In this document: piece by piece, positions 48,094-60,362 of the stretch
Numbering within the stretch: position 1 is the first letter of the stretch
Layout of the letters: the number at the start of each line of letters is the position of its first letter
Assembly: GCF_009914755.1 (NCBI RefSeq)
Contig: NC_060926.1
Source: the human T2T-CHM13v2.0 reference genome, Homo sapiens
Length of the DNA stretch: 64,000 nt
Reading direction: 5' to 3' (one strand)
Notes under the pieces: generated by a model
Told to the model about the DNA's origin: nothing
The model's input: only the letters and a program-made list of their open reading frames with translations
The model's database searches: none
Position numbers and translations under genes: made by a program

Positions 48094-49786
48094 ATTGATC
48101 TTATTAAAAGGAAGCCACCTAGAGAAAATACATTGACAGTTATATTCAGAAAGATTAAAAGGTTGAAAGGCTCCAACACAAAAATCTAGATTTTGGAAAT
48201 TGCTTGTGTAAAAGGAAAAGTGACAAAACTTAGAGATCAATTACAAAAAATTGCAGAAAACCAAAGATGGTGGGACTGTGTGGAATTACAAGGGAAAGAG
48301 TATTACATTTAAGAATAAGTTTAAAAAGGGTTGTATTCTTCCTACATGTCTGGCATATGATGGAGAACAGAGGTTAGAACAGGCACTTCTTGGATGATGG
48401 GAAGGGCTGCCTTTTGGGTGACCATAGACAGTTCAGTTCCTGGTGCTTCAAATTTTATGTGTTAAAGCAATCAGAAGCCAGTGGCATGAGAGACAGAGGC
48501 CACTAATCTGGTTCTGTTAGGTGTAACAGTACTTGGATGTCGCCAAGTCTATTGGCCTCTGGAACTTGCTGTGCTATATCTATTAACATGGGAAAAACCA
48601 GGTGCAAGAAGCCTCTTTCACTCATTTGCCTTCACTGAGCAAGATTCAAGCTGCAATTAGCACAAACAGTTGGCTGGTTTGCCTGTCACTTATGTCTTAT
48701 CTTCCTCCTCTTATTAAGGAGGTTAAGAAATGGTTTATTGCCTATGACCGTCTTATGAAATATGTCACACTTTCTCATCAGCTCTTATTTCCTGTTCACA
48801 TGTGGCTTTCTGGTTGGTAAAGGTTTTATTAAATCAGAGGAATTTGAACGGAAAGATAATCATAGTAGCCCACCACCAATTGCCTAGGGAAAGGGAGAGT
48901 GTTGAGTAGATTGAAATTGAGAAGTTGTAGTGAGAAAAAGTAAGGCGAAATGTAGATAAGAAAATAGTTACTTGAAAGTCAGCAGATGGAAAATGTATGA
49001 GAGGAGCGATAAAAAACCTAGGCTGTAGAAGGAAGTCCATCTAGGACAGTGGTTTCCAATCTTTGTTGTGGTTCTGTGAGAGTTTACTGGCAGTGCCATA
49101 AATAACAAAAATATGTGTAGCAAATTAAGAATCACAGAGGCCCTCTGTGCAAAAATGTAATTTTCTTTATTTCTTTACAATTGAAGCCAACTAGACTTAG
49201 GAATTCTCATTTCCACCTGATGGTAGAAAAAGATCTCACTAATTTAGAGTTGTTTTGTCCCCACTGGTTCAAGACTCAGTCTCTCTGGGGGTAGTAACAC
49301 AATCTCTTCAGAATTCTTTCCTTCCAAACCCTGCATTTGTTTTTTCTGAAGGATCAATGGAGTTCTTTGGGGGTGGTGGGGCTAAAGTGGACCGAGCTGA
49401 AGAATGGTTGTCCTGGTGTCCCGGGAGGGGTTCTGGTCCATGAGTTATCCTCTGTTCTTGAAAACTTCAGCTAGGACCATGCTTGTCCCATCAGACTAGG
49501 TCCAAGGGCTCTTTGGTCTTCTTAGCTTCTGCACTGCCCCCTTTGAGTGTCTGGGGACTCTCAGCTGCTTTACTTGAACACTCTGGGATGCACTGGACTT
49601 TTCTCAAGGCAGCCTGTCCTCAGGCCCAGGCATATCTGCTGCCAGGCCTGCTGTTTGGCTCAGGCCATGTTGGACACGGGGGCTTTGCTATGACCCTGGT
49701 GGTGTCCAGAACTAGGCTGGGAAGCCAAATGGCATCCCTCTCTTCCAGTCTTCTCCATCAACCTCTTCAGTCAGGAGGAGGCCAGG

Positions 49787-50213
49787 TGATGCAGTTTGGA
49801 TATTTGTCCCTGCCCAAATCTCATGTTAAAATGTAATCCCCAATGTTGGAGGTGGGGGCTGGTGGGAGTTGTTTGGATCATGGGGGTAGATCCCTCATGA
49901 ATGGCTTGGGCCATCCCCTTGGTGATAAGCGAGCTTTTGCTCTGAGTTCACATGAGATCTGGTCATTTAAAAGTGAGTGGCACCTCCCGCACCTCTCTCT
50001 CGCTTCCTCCTGCTCTGGCCACGTGACGTACCTGCACCTCCTTCACCTTCTGTCATGATTGTTAGTTTCCTGAGGCCTCCTCAGAAGCCCAACAGATGGC
50101 AGTGCCATGCTTCCTGTATAGCCTACAGAACCATGAGAGAATTAAATCTCTTTTCTTATAAATTTCCCAGTTTCAGGTATTTTTTTATAGCAATGTAGGA
50201 ATGGCCTAACACA
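49787..50213 (+). mobile_element. MSTB-like solo LTR
   Basis: TGATGCAGTTTGGATATTTGTCCC...CCTAACACA with 5-bp TSD CCAGG. Confidence 0.92.
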
Positions 50214-51524
50214 CCAGGATTTCTCTTATTAGGTGGTGCTGAAGAGTGGAAGCTCTGAGTCACTCCTCAGAAACCTTTCAGGGTCTAGTAAAGAGCAGCT
50301 CCCTCCCTCTGCTTCTCCCCTTCCCACCTGCTGGTCAACTCTGTTCCTTGGAGTGGGAACAAAAACAAATAGCTTTACATTACCATACATTCTTCTGTAC
50401 TCCGTGGTTTATGATGTAAACCTTATGGTCTAAGTTGTCCAATACTTTGGCTTTGGAGGTTCAAGGAAAAAAAACATAAAATACTTCTTCTTTCAAGCCT
50501 AGCCTTAATGTTTATAATGGACAGTCTTTCAAAATGTCCTGCCACATGGGCCATAGGAGATGCTTTATTTTTCAGGCATTGGATTATGTTGTGTTGGTCA
50601 ATATGATTTTGTTTCATGTGCATTATCAGAAACTCTTCCCAAAGAGGGTCCTGGGATCTGATCAGCTAGACAAGTGGAGGAGAAACTGAAAACCCTCAGG
50701 GGACAGGGTCTCAGTTAAGTCTCCTGAATGATAAGCATTTCAGAGGTGGGAGGGAGACACCCCGGAAGGTGTCCAGAGGCTAACAATGCTATTTCTGTTT
50801 CTTGTAAGTTTTTGTCCAAGATGTGGGCCATTGGATTGCATCACTAGCATACAATGTCAGTGTAAGCGGTAGGCTTTACACTAAAGCATGTTGATGTGCT
50901 CAGAGCATTTTTGTGGTGCTGAGACCAGAGCAGATAGGGATACAGGGATGACAGTCTCCACCTTACGGAAGCCTCCTACCCAGGGGATGGAGTGAGACAG
51001 GCAGGCACACCAGTTATCCAAGGAAAGGAAATAAAGGGAAGGAGAAAGTCAGTGAAAGTGGTCAGGATGGCTGAGTGAGGGAGAAGGTGACTTGAAGGTC
51101 CCAGATAGAACAGTGGTAATAAGGTGAGAAAGAGGAGGTCTTCCAATTCCATTTCTGTGTTGGGCGGGTGTTTGAGAGTCCCACCTGGGTCTAGAGGCCT
51201 GCATGTCTAGCAGGACACTGGGTAGGAGTGGCTGAACGGGGACAACACTTAAAAAAGACAAAAATTACGGATTTTATTTCTACATGGTTGCACAAATCAA
51301 TTTCACTTTCTACTTGTAAACTGCTTAAAAACCTTCATTATGAAAATGGAAGGACGAATTTATGTTCACCATCATAGTGCTTCTGGGCTGGTTCCACAGC
51401 ATGGAGCCAGGCCCACCTGCTGTAGCTTTCAGAACTGCCATTTGGACACGTGGTTGAAGCAGCCTTCAGTTGGAGGATTCACAGTAATGGCATCACTGTG
51501 GGAGCTTAGAGGAACAACTGCTTG

Positions 51525-51675
51525 CAACCCCAGCTGCACTGGAATTACCTGGGAGCTTTAAAAACACTGCCTTTTGGGCCTCAGCCCCAGAGACTCTGAC
51601 GTGACTGATCTGAACACAGGAGTGTCATGTCCTCCGGTGATTCTGAGTGGAGTCAAGGCTGTGAGACCTTCTGCT
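51525..51675. mobile_element. MER5 MITE fragment
   Basis: GGAATTACCTGGGAGCTTTAAAAACACTG...CCCCAGAGACTCTGAC. Confidence 0.7.
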
Positions 51676-52156
51676 GTATAAAGGAATATTGAGAGCTGGG
51701 ATTGTTAAGGAATTCTCTTAATGCTACGTCACTGGCCTCTGATGTAAGCCTGCTTTCTCGAGGAAAAGGAACCATAAAAGCTTCTGGAAACAGATTGTTT
51801 AAGAATGAGAAATTGTCATCATGCCAGGTTGCAAGACAGCTTTTAGGGCAGATGAGCTTCTGCTGCTCATTCCTTCATCTTTTCCTCCAGCCTGGATTTG
51901 TCCGGGGGCAGCTGAGGCTCAGGTTACCTCAATTCTTGAGTTTCTGAAGAGGCATATCCAGGGGTGGGTTACGAGAACAAGAGCCTGCCCAGTCTGAAAG
52001 GGATGCAGGAAGGGGCGGTGTGTACTAGAAGGAAGGAAGCTATCATCATTTATTAAAACTCTTCTTGGAGGATGGCCCATGAAGACCTCCAAACAAGCTG
52101 GAGGGGCCAGTCACTTGCTGAAGACTAGCGAAGTGGAGGGGGAAAGCCCGAGGGAG

Positions 52157-52162
52157 CTGCAG
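52157..52162. other. IL1R1: PstI site (CTGCAG) corresponding to the known IL1R1 promoter C/T RFLP; cutting allele present
   Basis: CTGCAG lies 97 bp into the 350-bp segment TTGGAGGATGGCCCATGAAGACC...TTTTTCATCCGGGCGCGTAACAG (52065-52414), which I recall as the genotyping amplicon. Confidence 0.65.
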
Positions 52163-52411
52163 ACTCGACCACTGCGCCCTCCCCTCCTCTCCCTGCAAGG
52201 AGCCCAAGGTGTGATCCTGCCAGGCGTTCGTTCGCTGCATGACCTTGGCCATCCTTCCATTCCCCTGGGTGTGAATTCTCATTGGCAAAGTGAGCTGGTG
52301 GGCATAAGTGGGTTTTAAGTTTAAAAATTTAAAAACCCTGTCTGCCCCCAAGTGTGGTATCAAGATTTTATAGTATGACACTTAAATTGCTTTTTTCATC
52401 CGGGCGCGTAA

Positions 52412-52640
52412 CAGCAACAATGAAACCAGCAGATAACGCGTGAGTAGTATCAGCTCTGGGCCTGGCACTATTTTATATGTATTAGCTCATTTTTTTTAAA
52501 AAACTGTTTTCAACCACTCCATGAGATGAGTGCTCTTATGATCCCTTTTTCACAGAAGAGGAAACGGAGGTACAAAGAAATTAGTGCACAAAGCCAGTCG
52601 GAGAGAGCCCCTGGCCAGGCACCAAGCTCCAGAGGTCGCT
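52412..52640 (-). mobile_element. MIR within the IL1R1 proximal promoter region
   Basis: TATGTATTAGCTCATTT...CCCTTTTTCACAGAAGAGGAAACGGAGGTACA. Confidence 0.75.
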
Positions 52641-52742
52641 CTGGCGAGCGTTTGCTTCGGGATCTGATGCCCTGGAGTCGCCAACTCAATTCGCGGGTCG
52701 CAGCCAGGCTCCATGGGGGTAGTAGAGCCAGGTCGTAGTGGC

Positions 52743-52751
52743 TAGGTGAGT
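52743..52751 (+). other. IL1R1: Strong 5' splice donor TAG|GTGAGT; candidate end of an alternative IL1R1 first exon
   Basis: Near-consensus donor at 52745/52746 at the island edge; IL1R1 is known to use several alternative first exons. Exon start not determinable. Confidence 0.5.
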
Positions 52752-53065
52752 TGTCTCAACTAACTCTAGTGGAGCCGCCGCAGCCCTGGAGGAGCCGGGC
52801 CGCGACTCGAGAGCGCCCGGCAGCTCTCCAATGCTTTGGAACCGGCGGGACCCCTGCGGGCTACCCGGGGCAGGGCGGTGTCCGCAGGGGTCTGTCCAGC
52901 CGCGCCTGCTCCTCCGGGTGGAGAGTTGGGACACCCGGCCAGCTCGCTCGCAGCCCGCGGACTGGCCCAGCCGAGCCGTCTCCGCCCGTTCCCCGCCCCC
53001 GCAGCGGCGGGGCTAGAGCCAGAGCCGCGCCCGGCAGTTCCCGGCCGCGAGGGCGGGCGCAGCTT

Positions 53066-53310
53066 GTGGCCGGCGGCCGGAGCCGACTCGGAGCGCGCGG
53101 CGCCGGCCGGGAGGAGCCGGAGAGCGGCCGGGCCGGGCGGTGGGGGCGCCGGCCTGCCCCGCGCGCCCCAGGGAGCGGCAGGAATGTGACAATCGCGCGC
53201 CCGCGCACCGAAGCACTCCTCGCTCGGCTCCTAGGGCTCTCGCCCCTCTGAGCTGAGCCGGGTTCCGCCCGGGGCTGGGATCCCATCACCCTCCACGGCC
53301 GTCCGTCCAG
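53066..53310 (+). other. IL1R1: IL1R1 main non-coding first exon (5'UTR); start approximate
   Basis: GC-rich exon inside the CpG island, ending in donor TCCAG|GTACGG at 53310/53311; sequence recognised as IL1R1 5'UTR. Confidence 0.88.
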
Positions 53311-53789
53311 GTACGGGGAAGCTGGAGCATCCGGGGACTAGGTAGGGGTGAGACGGACCACAGCCTTGACACCTTCGAGTCCCCCGCTCTGCAGGACGCC
53401 GTGAGCGTCCTCCCTAAGTTGCACTTGGTTGTCAGAGTGTGTTGTGTAAGAAGGGGATGGCGGTGAGGTCTGCGTGTGTGTGTTTCTTGTGTGGAGCAAG
53501 AGTTAACGTTGTTCAGGTCGTTTGAAGGAACTTGCCAGTTGTTCTGGAGGGGGGTTCTAGGTAGGTGTGTGACTTCCCGTGTGAATGGCTTTCAGGTTTT
53601 CTATCCGGCTACGTTCTACAGGTTCAGGAGCGTCCCTCTTAGAGGTTAGGCTCAGGACCGTCAGTCTCCTTAACAAGGTAAGGGCTGAGGCCTTAACCAC
53701 ACTGGGGAGGGTAACTTGTTGCCCCTCCAGATAAAGGATGGTGCTAGGGAATGTAGCTACAAGCAAGTAGGCGCTGAGAAGACACTCAT

Positions 53790-53945
53790 TATTTACAACA
53801 GTCATGCCCAGCACTTTACAGTTTATAAGCCCTTGACAGCAACTGGTCTTTTACCCTCCCTACAGTCTTGTGAGGAGGGTGCTGTCATCACCCCTGTTTT
53901 ACAGCGGGGGAAGCAGAAGTTTAGGTGACCAACTTGTTGGAGGAT
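53790..53945 (-). mobile_element. MIR
   Basis: CCCCTGTTTTACAGCGGGGGAAGCAGAAG. Confidence 0.7.
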
Positions 53946-54156
53946 GATGTCCTGAAGGAGGGTAAGACCTCTGCATGCAGCCCCCCTCTGTCTTCCCTCC
54001 CACTCGTCCTGCCTGCCAGGGCTTTCTCCTCTGCACTGCCGGGAGGAAGGAAGGCCGCTGGGAAGGCACGCAGATGCTGGCTCCTGCTGGGCTGTCTCTC
54101 CACTGCCTTATCTTTGGGGCAGGGTAGCTTCTCAGATGGCCACATTCCTGTGATTT

Positions 54157-55192
54157 AGCTTTACATTCTAGGAACTGAGGCAAGGGACACCATGAACTTG
54201 GGCTCTTGAGGTCATGGAGCAAGGGTCCATTCGTCACGGGAATGTGATGGATGTCTCAGTCGCTGCGGTTTGGTGCCAGGCTTCTGGACATTGAATGTAT
54301 GAAACAGAACTCCATGACTATTGATGAGCTGAGGAAAGCCAGAGGTGGCATGGGGACGTTCACTGTCCTTTTTGCCATCCAGTTTACCAAGCGGCTATTG
54401 GCATTGTTTTCTTTCTCAATCCCTTCTAATTTATTGTGTGATATCTCATTTGATATTTCATTTAATATTCTGTATTCATATCCGATGTTAACGTTTATGC
54501 TAGACAGAAAGGTAGAGCCTTTGAGAATGGGGTTTGCTGGGGCAGGGGTGTGGAACTCTGATTTATTTTCAGTCTCTGGCTAGCTGCCAAGCTGCTGTGT
54601 GTGAAGCGTCTCCTGCACCCGTCCACTCTCATGTGGCCTCCATGCTGTTCAGGAAAGGATATTTGATCTGAATTCTCACATGACCTTGGCAGGCCCAGAG
54701 CAGCACCCCCATTTCTAATAGGCCCTGCTTGTATGTCATAATGTGACATCAAGTTTTTTTTTTATGGTTCTGAAACCTGTGACATCTTTTGAGTCAACCT
54801 CTCACCATTGTTGAAACACTGCTTAATAGTAGATTCACTAATTTATTAAAGATTTATTGACTATCTACTATGTGCCAGGCACTGTGGTGAGTGGTGGGGA
54901 GACAGCGGTGAATACGACAAGTGAAAACCTCTGTCCCCTTATGGACATGAGTCTTCTTGGTAAGACATAGGATGTCAGCAGTCTCTCTTCAAAAGGGGGG
55001 TCTTTGAAATCCGCCCCTTTGTACAAGGGTGTGGATGCACTGGCTACCTAGAGGACACCACTCAGCAGCCCCAATGGAGAGGACGAGGAGATGATGGGCA
55101 CAGATGTAGCTCTGTGGTTCCCTAGAGAATCGCAGGGCTGCTATTCTCCAAGTTTGTGGTGTCCCTTGCCTCAGTTCCTAGGATGTGGAGCT
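54157..55192. repeat. 45-bp inverted repeat, arms 54157-54201 and 55148-55192
   Basis: 40/45 identity between arm 2 and the reverse complement of arm 1, with a 25-bp perfect core TGGTGTCCCTTGCCTCAGTTCCTAG. Confidence 0.95.
54830..54965 (-). mobile_element. L2 3' end
   Basis: ATTTATTGACTATCTACTATGTGCCAGGCACTGTG. Confidence 0.8.
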
Positions 55193-56548
55193 CTAGGAGG
55201 TGGAGCTACACTCTGTGGCTTGGCCATGCACAGGGACCAGGGCAGATGGAAACCCTGTGGCTGGGATGCATCAGTGCGAGCTGAGTGTCCACCTGCAAGC
55301 TGGGACATTATGGAGAAGACATCTCAGTAATAAGAGAGGCAAAGCTGGACAATTGCGGTGAAACTACCATAGCATAGTGGGTGGAGAAGTACAGAGATCC
55401 TTATATTCTTATGCTACATAATGGATATACTAGGTTCTTGCCATTTTAAAAGAAGTTGTCAGGGGCACCTGTGGCTCACCTGCCATGGCACAGCTCCAGG
55501 ATGCTACCCATCTGTTGCCGTGAATGGGTGCTTGGTTTGCATTTTCTTCTTCTTGAGGTTGTGAGGTGGGCTGGTGGCACAAGACAAGGATCTGCACTGT
55601 CAGCAGCCTTTTTCTCCTCTGGTTGTCTGCTGTGGGTCCAGGAAATGCTGCTGGAGCCTCCCGGCCATGCCTAGTGCAGGGAGCATGTGGGAAGCCCTGG
55701 CCCCGAGTTATCTCACCAGGTACTGAAAGGGGCTGGAGCTCTTTAAGGTCCCAGTCGCCTGCATGTTGGATTCTGTGCTGTCTCCTCTTCATGCACATCC
55801 AGGAGCTCACACATGGCGGCACGATGGAGACACCTATCACTTCCCAAGAGGACTCATGCCCACGAGCGGACAGGGGGTCTCATAAATTAAAAGTAGGGTA
55901 AAAGGAAAACAAGAGCGGAGATGAAGTGGAGTCTGAAATGAGGCTTGACATGTGCAGTGTAAACCCTGATGACCTAGATGCTGCTAAAGTTACTCAAGTG
56001 GGGCCGTGAATGTGGAGGGAAGCCTGAGTCTTAGCTCTGCCTGCACCTTAGCACTGCCTGAAGCACTCAGGGAAATGCCAGGACTGGATGCAGAGCAAAC
56101 AAACTAGCATCTCTGGAGGCGTGCTGGGCACGGGTATTTTCAAAGCCCCCCAGGTAGCCAAGGTTGACAACATAAATACATAAATACTCTTTCCTGTAGG
56201 CAGTGGGAAAGAGGAAACCCTGCAGGGCACAGCCAGCAGTGTCTTCAAGATGAAAGCAAAGTGCTCAGGAAAAAAAGCATTCTTGGCACAGAGAGAAGTG
56301 GGAAGTTTCTTTTAAAGATCCCTGAAAAAGAGGTGAGAATAGTGAGTTTTCGGTGGTCTCTTGAAATGACCCTCCCTGTAAGCACAGTTCGGTAATCATG
56401 GTTCAGCGAGCTGTGAACAGGAAGAGTCTAGCCATGCTGGTCTCTGCACATTTGGCGTCCCAAATGTGAGAACTCATAGATCCCTGAAAATACAGCCAAT
56501 GACTAATGACTAAGAGTTAAATGAAAAGTTAGATGGTGTCACTTTCCA

Positions 56549-57236
56549 TCAGTGGGTCTCACCTCATTAAAACCCAACACCCCCCTTAATGCAAATATTT
56601 TAAAACACCCCTTTTATAATTTTGAAACGATATAATAAAACTTATCTACAACATAAGTTTAAAAAATCAATGTAATACTTAGATGTTAAGGAGAAATAAA
56701 AGCAATTTGTATTAAAATTATGCATTTCAGTGTGCAGATGCTTGAGCTAAGCTGAACTACAACCTAGTGAGGTGAGCCATTGCTTTCTATAGTCTGCAGG
56801 ACAGCTGGCATGGGGTGGGAACAGGTGAGTCTCAGTGGCCATCCAAATGCCACTGAAGGATGAATGACTCTCGGTTAAGGTCTTGATGGTAGCCAAAGGC
56901 CATTCTTCTCTCAATTTTCACAGTGATTGCATTCCTGAAAAATTTAGTGTGTATAAACTTGTGCCAACAATATATGTATTTCATATGAATGTAGAAGGGA
57001 GTTGGGGGGCTAGGCTTCAAACATTGTAAATATGTTTCCGTCAGTATGAACGTCTGTGAGACCTCTGGAGGTCATGCAGGACAAGTCTTTTCTGAGCAGA
57101 ACTGCCTGTGTTGTTCCGGATGTCAAGCATCGATGGCCTCCAATGCTAAATGCATCCTGATCACCCAGGGTCCCCTTCCCCACAGGTTCCGAAATGCTCC
57201 CTCAAGGGCCATACCCACTCCACTGAGAACCACTGC
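56549..57236 (+). mobile_element. hAT-Charlie DNA transposon fossil (MER20B-like)
   Basis: TIRs CAGTGGGTCTCA ... TGAGAACCACTG; related to the 36326 copy. Confidence 0.75.
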
Positions 57237-57334
57237 TTTCCCTGCATTGCTGGGTAGTGAGTGATTAAAGTGCCATTGCAGGCGTGGGTGCCGAGATAGC
57301 AGGGCACCGGACATGTCTAAGCCAGCCATCAGGA

Positions 57335-57570
57335 ATGCACTTCCGTTGCTTGCTGTAGGATGGTAGAGGTCGAGTTAGAAATCAGAAAGGTTGGTGCTTT
57401 GTGTGTGGGGGTGAAGGGCCACAAGGGAACTTTGAGGGGTGGCAGAAATGGTCTACATCCTGAAGTATTCCTGGTGCACACAGTTGTTGCAATTTATGGA
57501 ACTGTCCACGTAAGTTTTGTGTGTTTCACCATGAGCAATATGGTGAAAAATATTTACCCCAATAAAAAAA
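57335..57570 (+). mobile_element. L1ME 3' end
   Basis: CACAAGGGAACTTTGAGGGGTGGCAGAAATGGTCTACATCCTGA...CCCCAATAAAAAA. Confidence 0.7.
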
Positions 57571-59159
57571 TTATAGAAGTGAAAACAATGTAACGATTCT
57601 TGTAGAGAAGGCTTAGTCCTCTGAAACTGTCTGTGGATCCCAATCTGAGAAACAGCTGTTCTTGCCTGACTGGGAGGCAGTGCTCCAGGGAGAAAGGTCT
57701 CTGGTTCTCAGTCAACTTTTTGACAAGTCCAGTGCAATAGTGGCCTTGGCATCGTAGACCCTGGTGGCTGGAGAGGAGATGTGTTGGAGTTATAGGGGAG
57801 GCTGGGAAGCACAAGGCAGGGCATTTAGAAAGGGGACAAAGGACAAGAGATGAGGCCCATCCCTGTCTCTGGGTTCTGGTTCTGTTGTCCAGGAGCCCTA
57901 GAAGGTTTGTAGGGGTGAGATGGAAAAGTCAGACTTCAACCTAGAACCTAGTGGTCAAGAGGCTTGGGGTAGGTCCATCCCCATCTGTGGCATCTGGTGA
58001 CGGTGATCCTGTCTTTCTGTGTCTCATTGCCACTTTTGCCCTTAAAATCCACATGCCTTAGTTGAAACCACCAATCTTGTGGCTTTTCGCCTTGTATTAG
58101 CTGAATAATTGAGATTTCATAGCGACACTTGAAACCTCTTGGGAAATTTTTACTTTATCTTCATATCCTTGTGCATCCTCAATGATAAAAATAAAACTTT
58201 CCTTCTCCCATTTACATGGGTAAATAAGCCATTGATAACTATGAACAAGGCTTTAGGATTCCTCTACTGATAGGAGCATTGCCAGGCTTGGTGTTTCCTG
58301 GGCTTTCTGAGATGGTGAGTGAGCTTCTGTTTCCCTGCTGTGGGAGTGTTTACTCATAGTTTGGTAGAGCTGTTTCTCTGGGGGAAAATCAGAGGTGACC
58401 ACATTGAACACACAGTTGGGTTTTTGGGTTGTGTGCACATGATAGAGCGTGGGTGACTAATCTCCACGAGATGGAAACCATTGTGTCACCTTTGGAACAC
58501 ACTACAGTGGTCCCCAGCACGCTCTGTGGTTATTTCCACACTTTCCTGCTCTAGCTTGGGTAGGGAAGTTCCTGGGTGGGCTCTGTGATCATTAGGGGTA
58601 GGTCACTCCCTCTAATTTGCCCCACAGGTATGAGTGTGTGGGGCTCTGATGCTTCCATTTCTCATCAGAATTGCATAGAGATTATTATGGACATTTACTT
58701 AGGACAGTGCCTCTCGGATTTTACCTCCCAGGGATTCCTTCTGGGAAATAAAAAGCAAAGGCTCAACCTAGCACTCCAAAGCAGCCCACTGCAAGTGATG
58801 CTTCTTTGAAGCCTCATGTTTTGTCTTAGATCGTGGAGATTTTTCTTTCTGCTTCATAATATAGCCGTGTTTGCTCTAATAGAAAAATAATAACTCCCCT
58901 GAGAAAATCTTTGGATGAAATTAGTAACCTAGGGAGATAGACTTCAGGCTCTCTGGCTGTCTGTAGCTTCTCCCTGGGAATTTGTGGATTCTAAGCCAGG
59001 GCTTGTGTGAGTATGGAGGTCTAAAGTTTTTTCCATAAGTGTGTGGTTCTATGGCTTTGTAAGTCCCTTTTACCTTCTTTTTCAAACTGACATTTTTGTT
59101 TTTAACAATGATGGGGACTTTTTAATAGCTGTATGAATCTTATAACAAAGGAATAACAC

Positions 59160-59267
59160 AGGAGGTCAAGGCTGCAGTGAGCTGTAATCACACCACTGCA
59201 CTGCAGTCTGGGTAACAGAGCAAGACTCTGTCTCAAAACAAACAAACAAACAAACAAACAAACAAAC
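59160..59267 (+). mobile_element. 5'-truncated AluJ/FRAM right-arm fragment with (CAAA)n tail
   Basis: GGAGGTCAAGGCTGCAGTGAGCTGTAATCACACCACTGCAC...GACTCTGTCTC. Confidence 0.9.
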
Positions 59268-60362
59268 GGGTAACAGGAAGACATCATAATTATGGGCTTG
59301 GTTTCAGTACTGTAACACATTCCCCGTACATGTTTCCACCGATTTTCAGTAGAACACATGGGCTGTGACATTTCATGAGCTAAAGAACCTGCTTTAGCCC
59401 TTGTTTTTTCAGGACTCATTCATGGTCACTTCTCAGTTATGGCAAATAAGTTGGAGCCTAATTTTCTAAGTATCTCTCCATTACATCAGATCTACACATA
59501 TGCACATATTGGTTAATATTTGGGATGAGGGGCTGTATTAAATGATGCTGTAAATGCATTTACTCATTACTCCATGGGAAGGTAGAAGAGTGTGTTGCTA
59601 TCAGGTGGAAATGTAGAAAGTGCAGTGAGGATTTTCTTGTAAATCTCAGATTTGGGGCTTGGCTATGTCAGGTCCCTGGAAGAAGGAGGAGTCATTTACT
59701 GCCGTCTGTTCTCTCCTCTTGGGCCTCTGTAGAGATTTGGCCCTATGCCTTGGCGGGCTCTGCTCTGCAGCTTGGCCAGACACATCCCTCAGCATGGCAA
59801 GAAGTGTGGAAGGTCAAGAGGATGTGCCCACTTGGCCTAATCCTAACCCACCAGCACCCCTGTTCTTAACCATGTCCCTCATGTACCTGGGATCCCTGAA
59901 TTCCCTCCCCAAACACCCTGGACCCTAATTCCAGGGCCTGTGTGGTCATTCCCATGGACTCAACTGCCTGGTTCATAGACTGGCCAGGGCTGTACAGAGG
60001 GGGATAGACACAGGTGGACTTCGACACCTACCTGTGTGCATGCTCAGGGCCCCTTCCAATATGGAAGGGAGCTGGGGAGAGGCTAGAGACAGAGGAATGG
60101 AGATTAATGTAGCTAGACACAGCAGGAGCCATGCGGTGGGACTGCTCCGTGCAGGTCTCATGGTGAGGACAGCGCAGCCTATGTTTTGACAGACATGGAA
60201 TACCAGGTGCCAGGATGAGCTTCCCCCAGCTCTGGGCACCTCTGCTGCCGCTGTCCCCAGAAGTGGACCTCCAGCAGGTTCTGATACTATCTGGGGTGCG
60301 CCTGCTGTGTGCCACCTTGCCTGTGCCTAGCTTCTATCCTAGAAGGCAGGGCTCACAATGTG

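Larger units (their letters stand above)
52620..53420. promoter_or_regulatory. IL1R1: CpG-island, TATA-less promoter of IL1R1 with GC boxes
   Basis: Very high GC and CpG density against CpG-depleted flanks; Sp1/KLF boxes TCCGCCC (52981), CCCCGCCCCC (52991), GGGCGGG (53051). Confidence 0.9.

Noticed and set aside
52751-53289. Longest ORFs in the track (166, 142 and 117 aa) over the CpG island
   Set aside because: Arg/Pro/Gly/Ala-rich frames are open on both strands because GC-rich DNA lacks stop codons; the region is promoter and 5'UTR.
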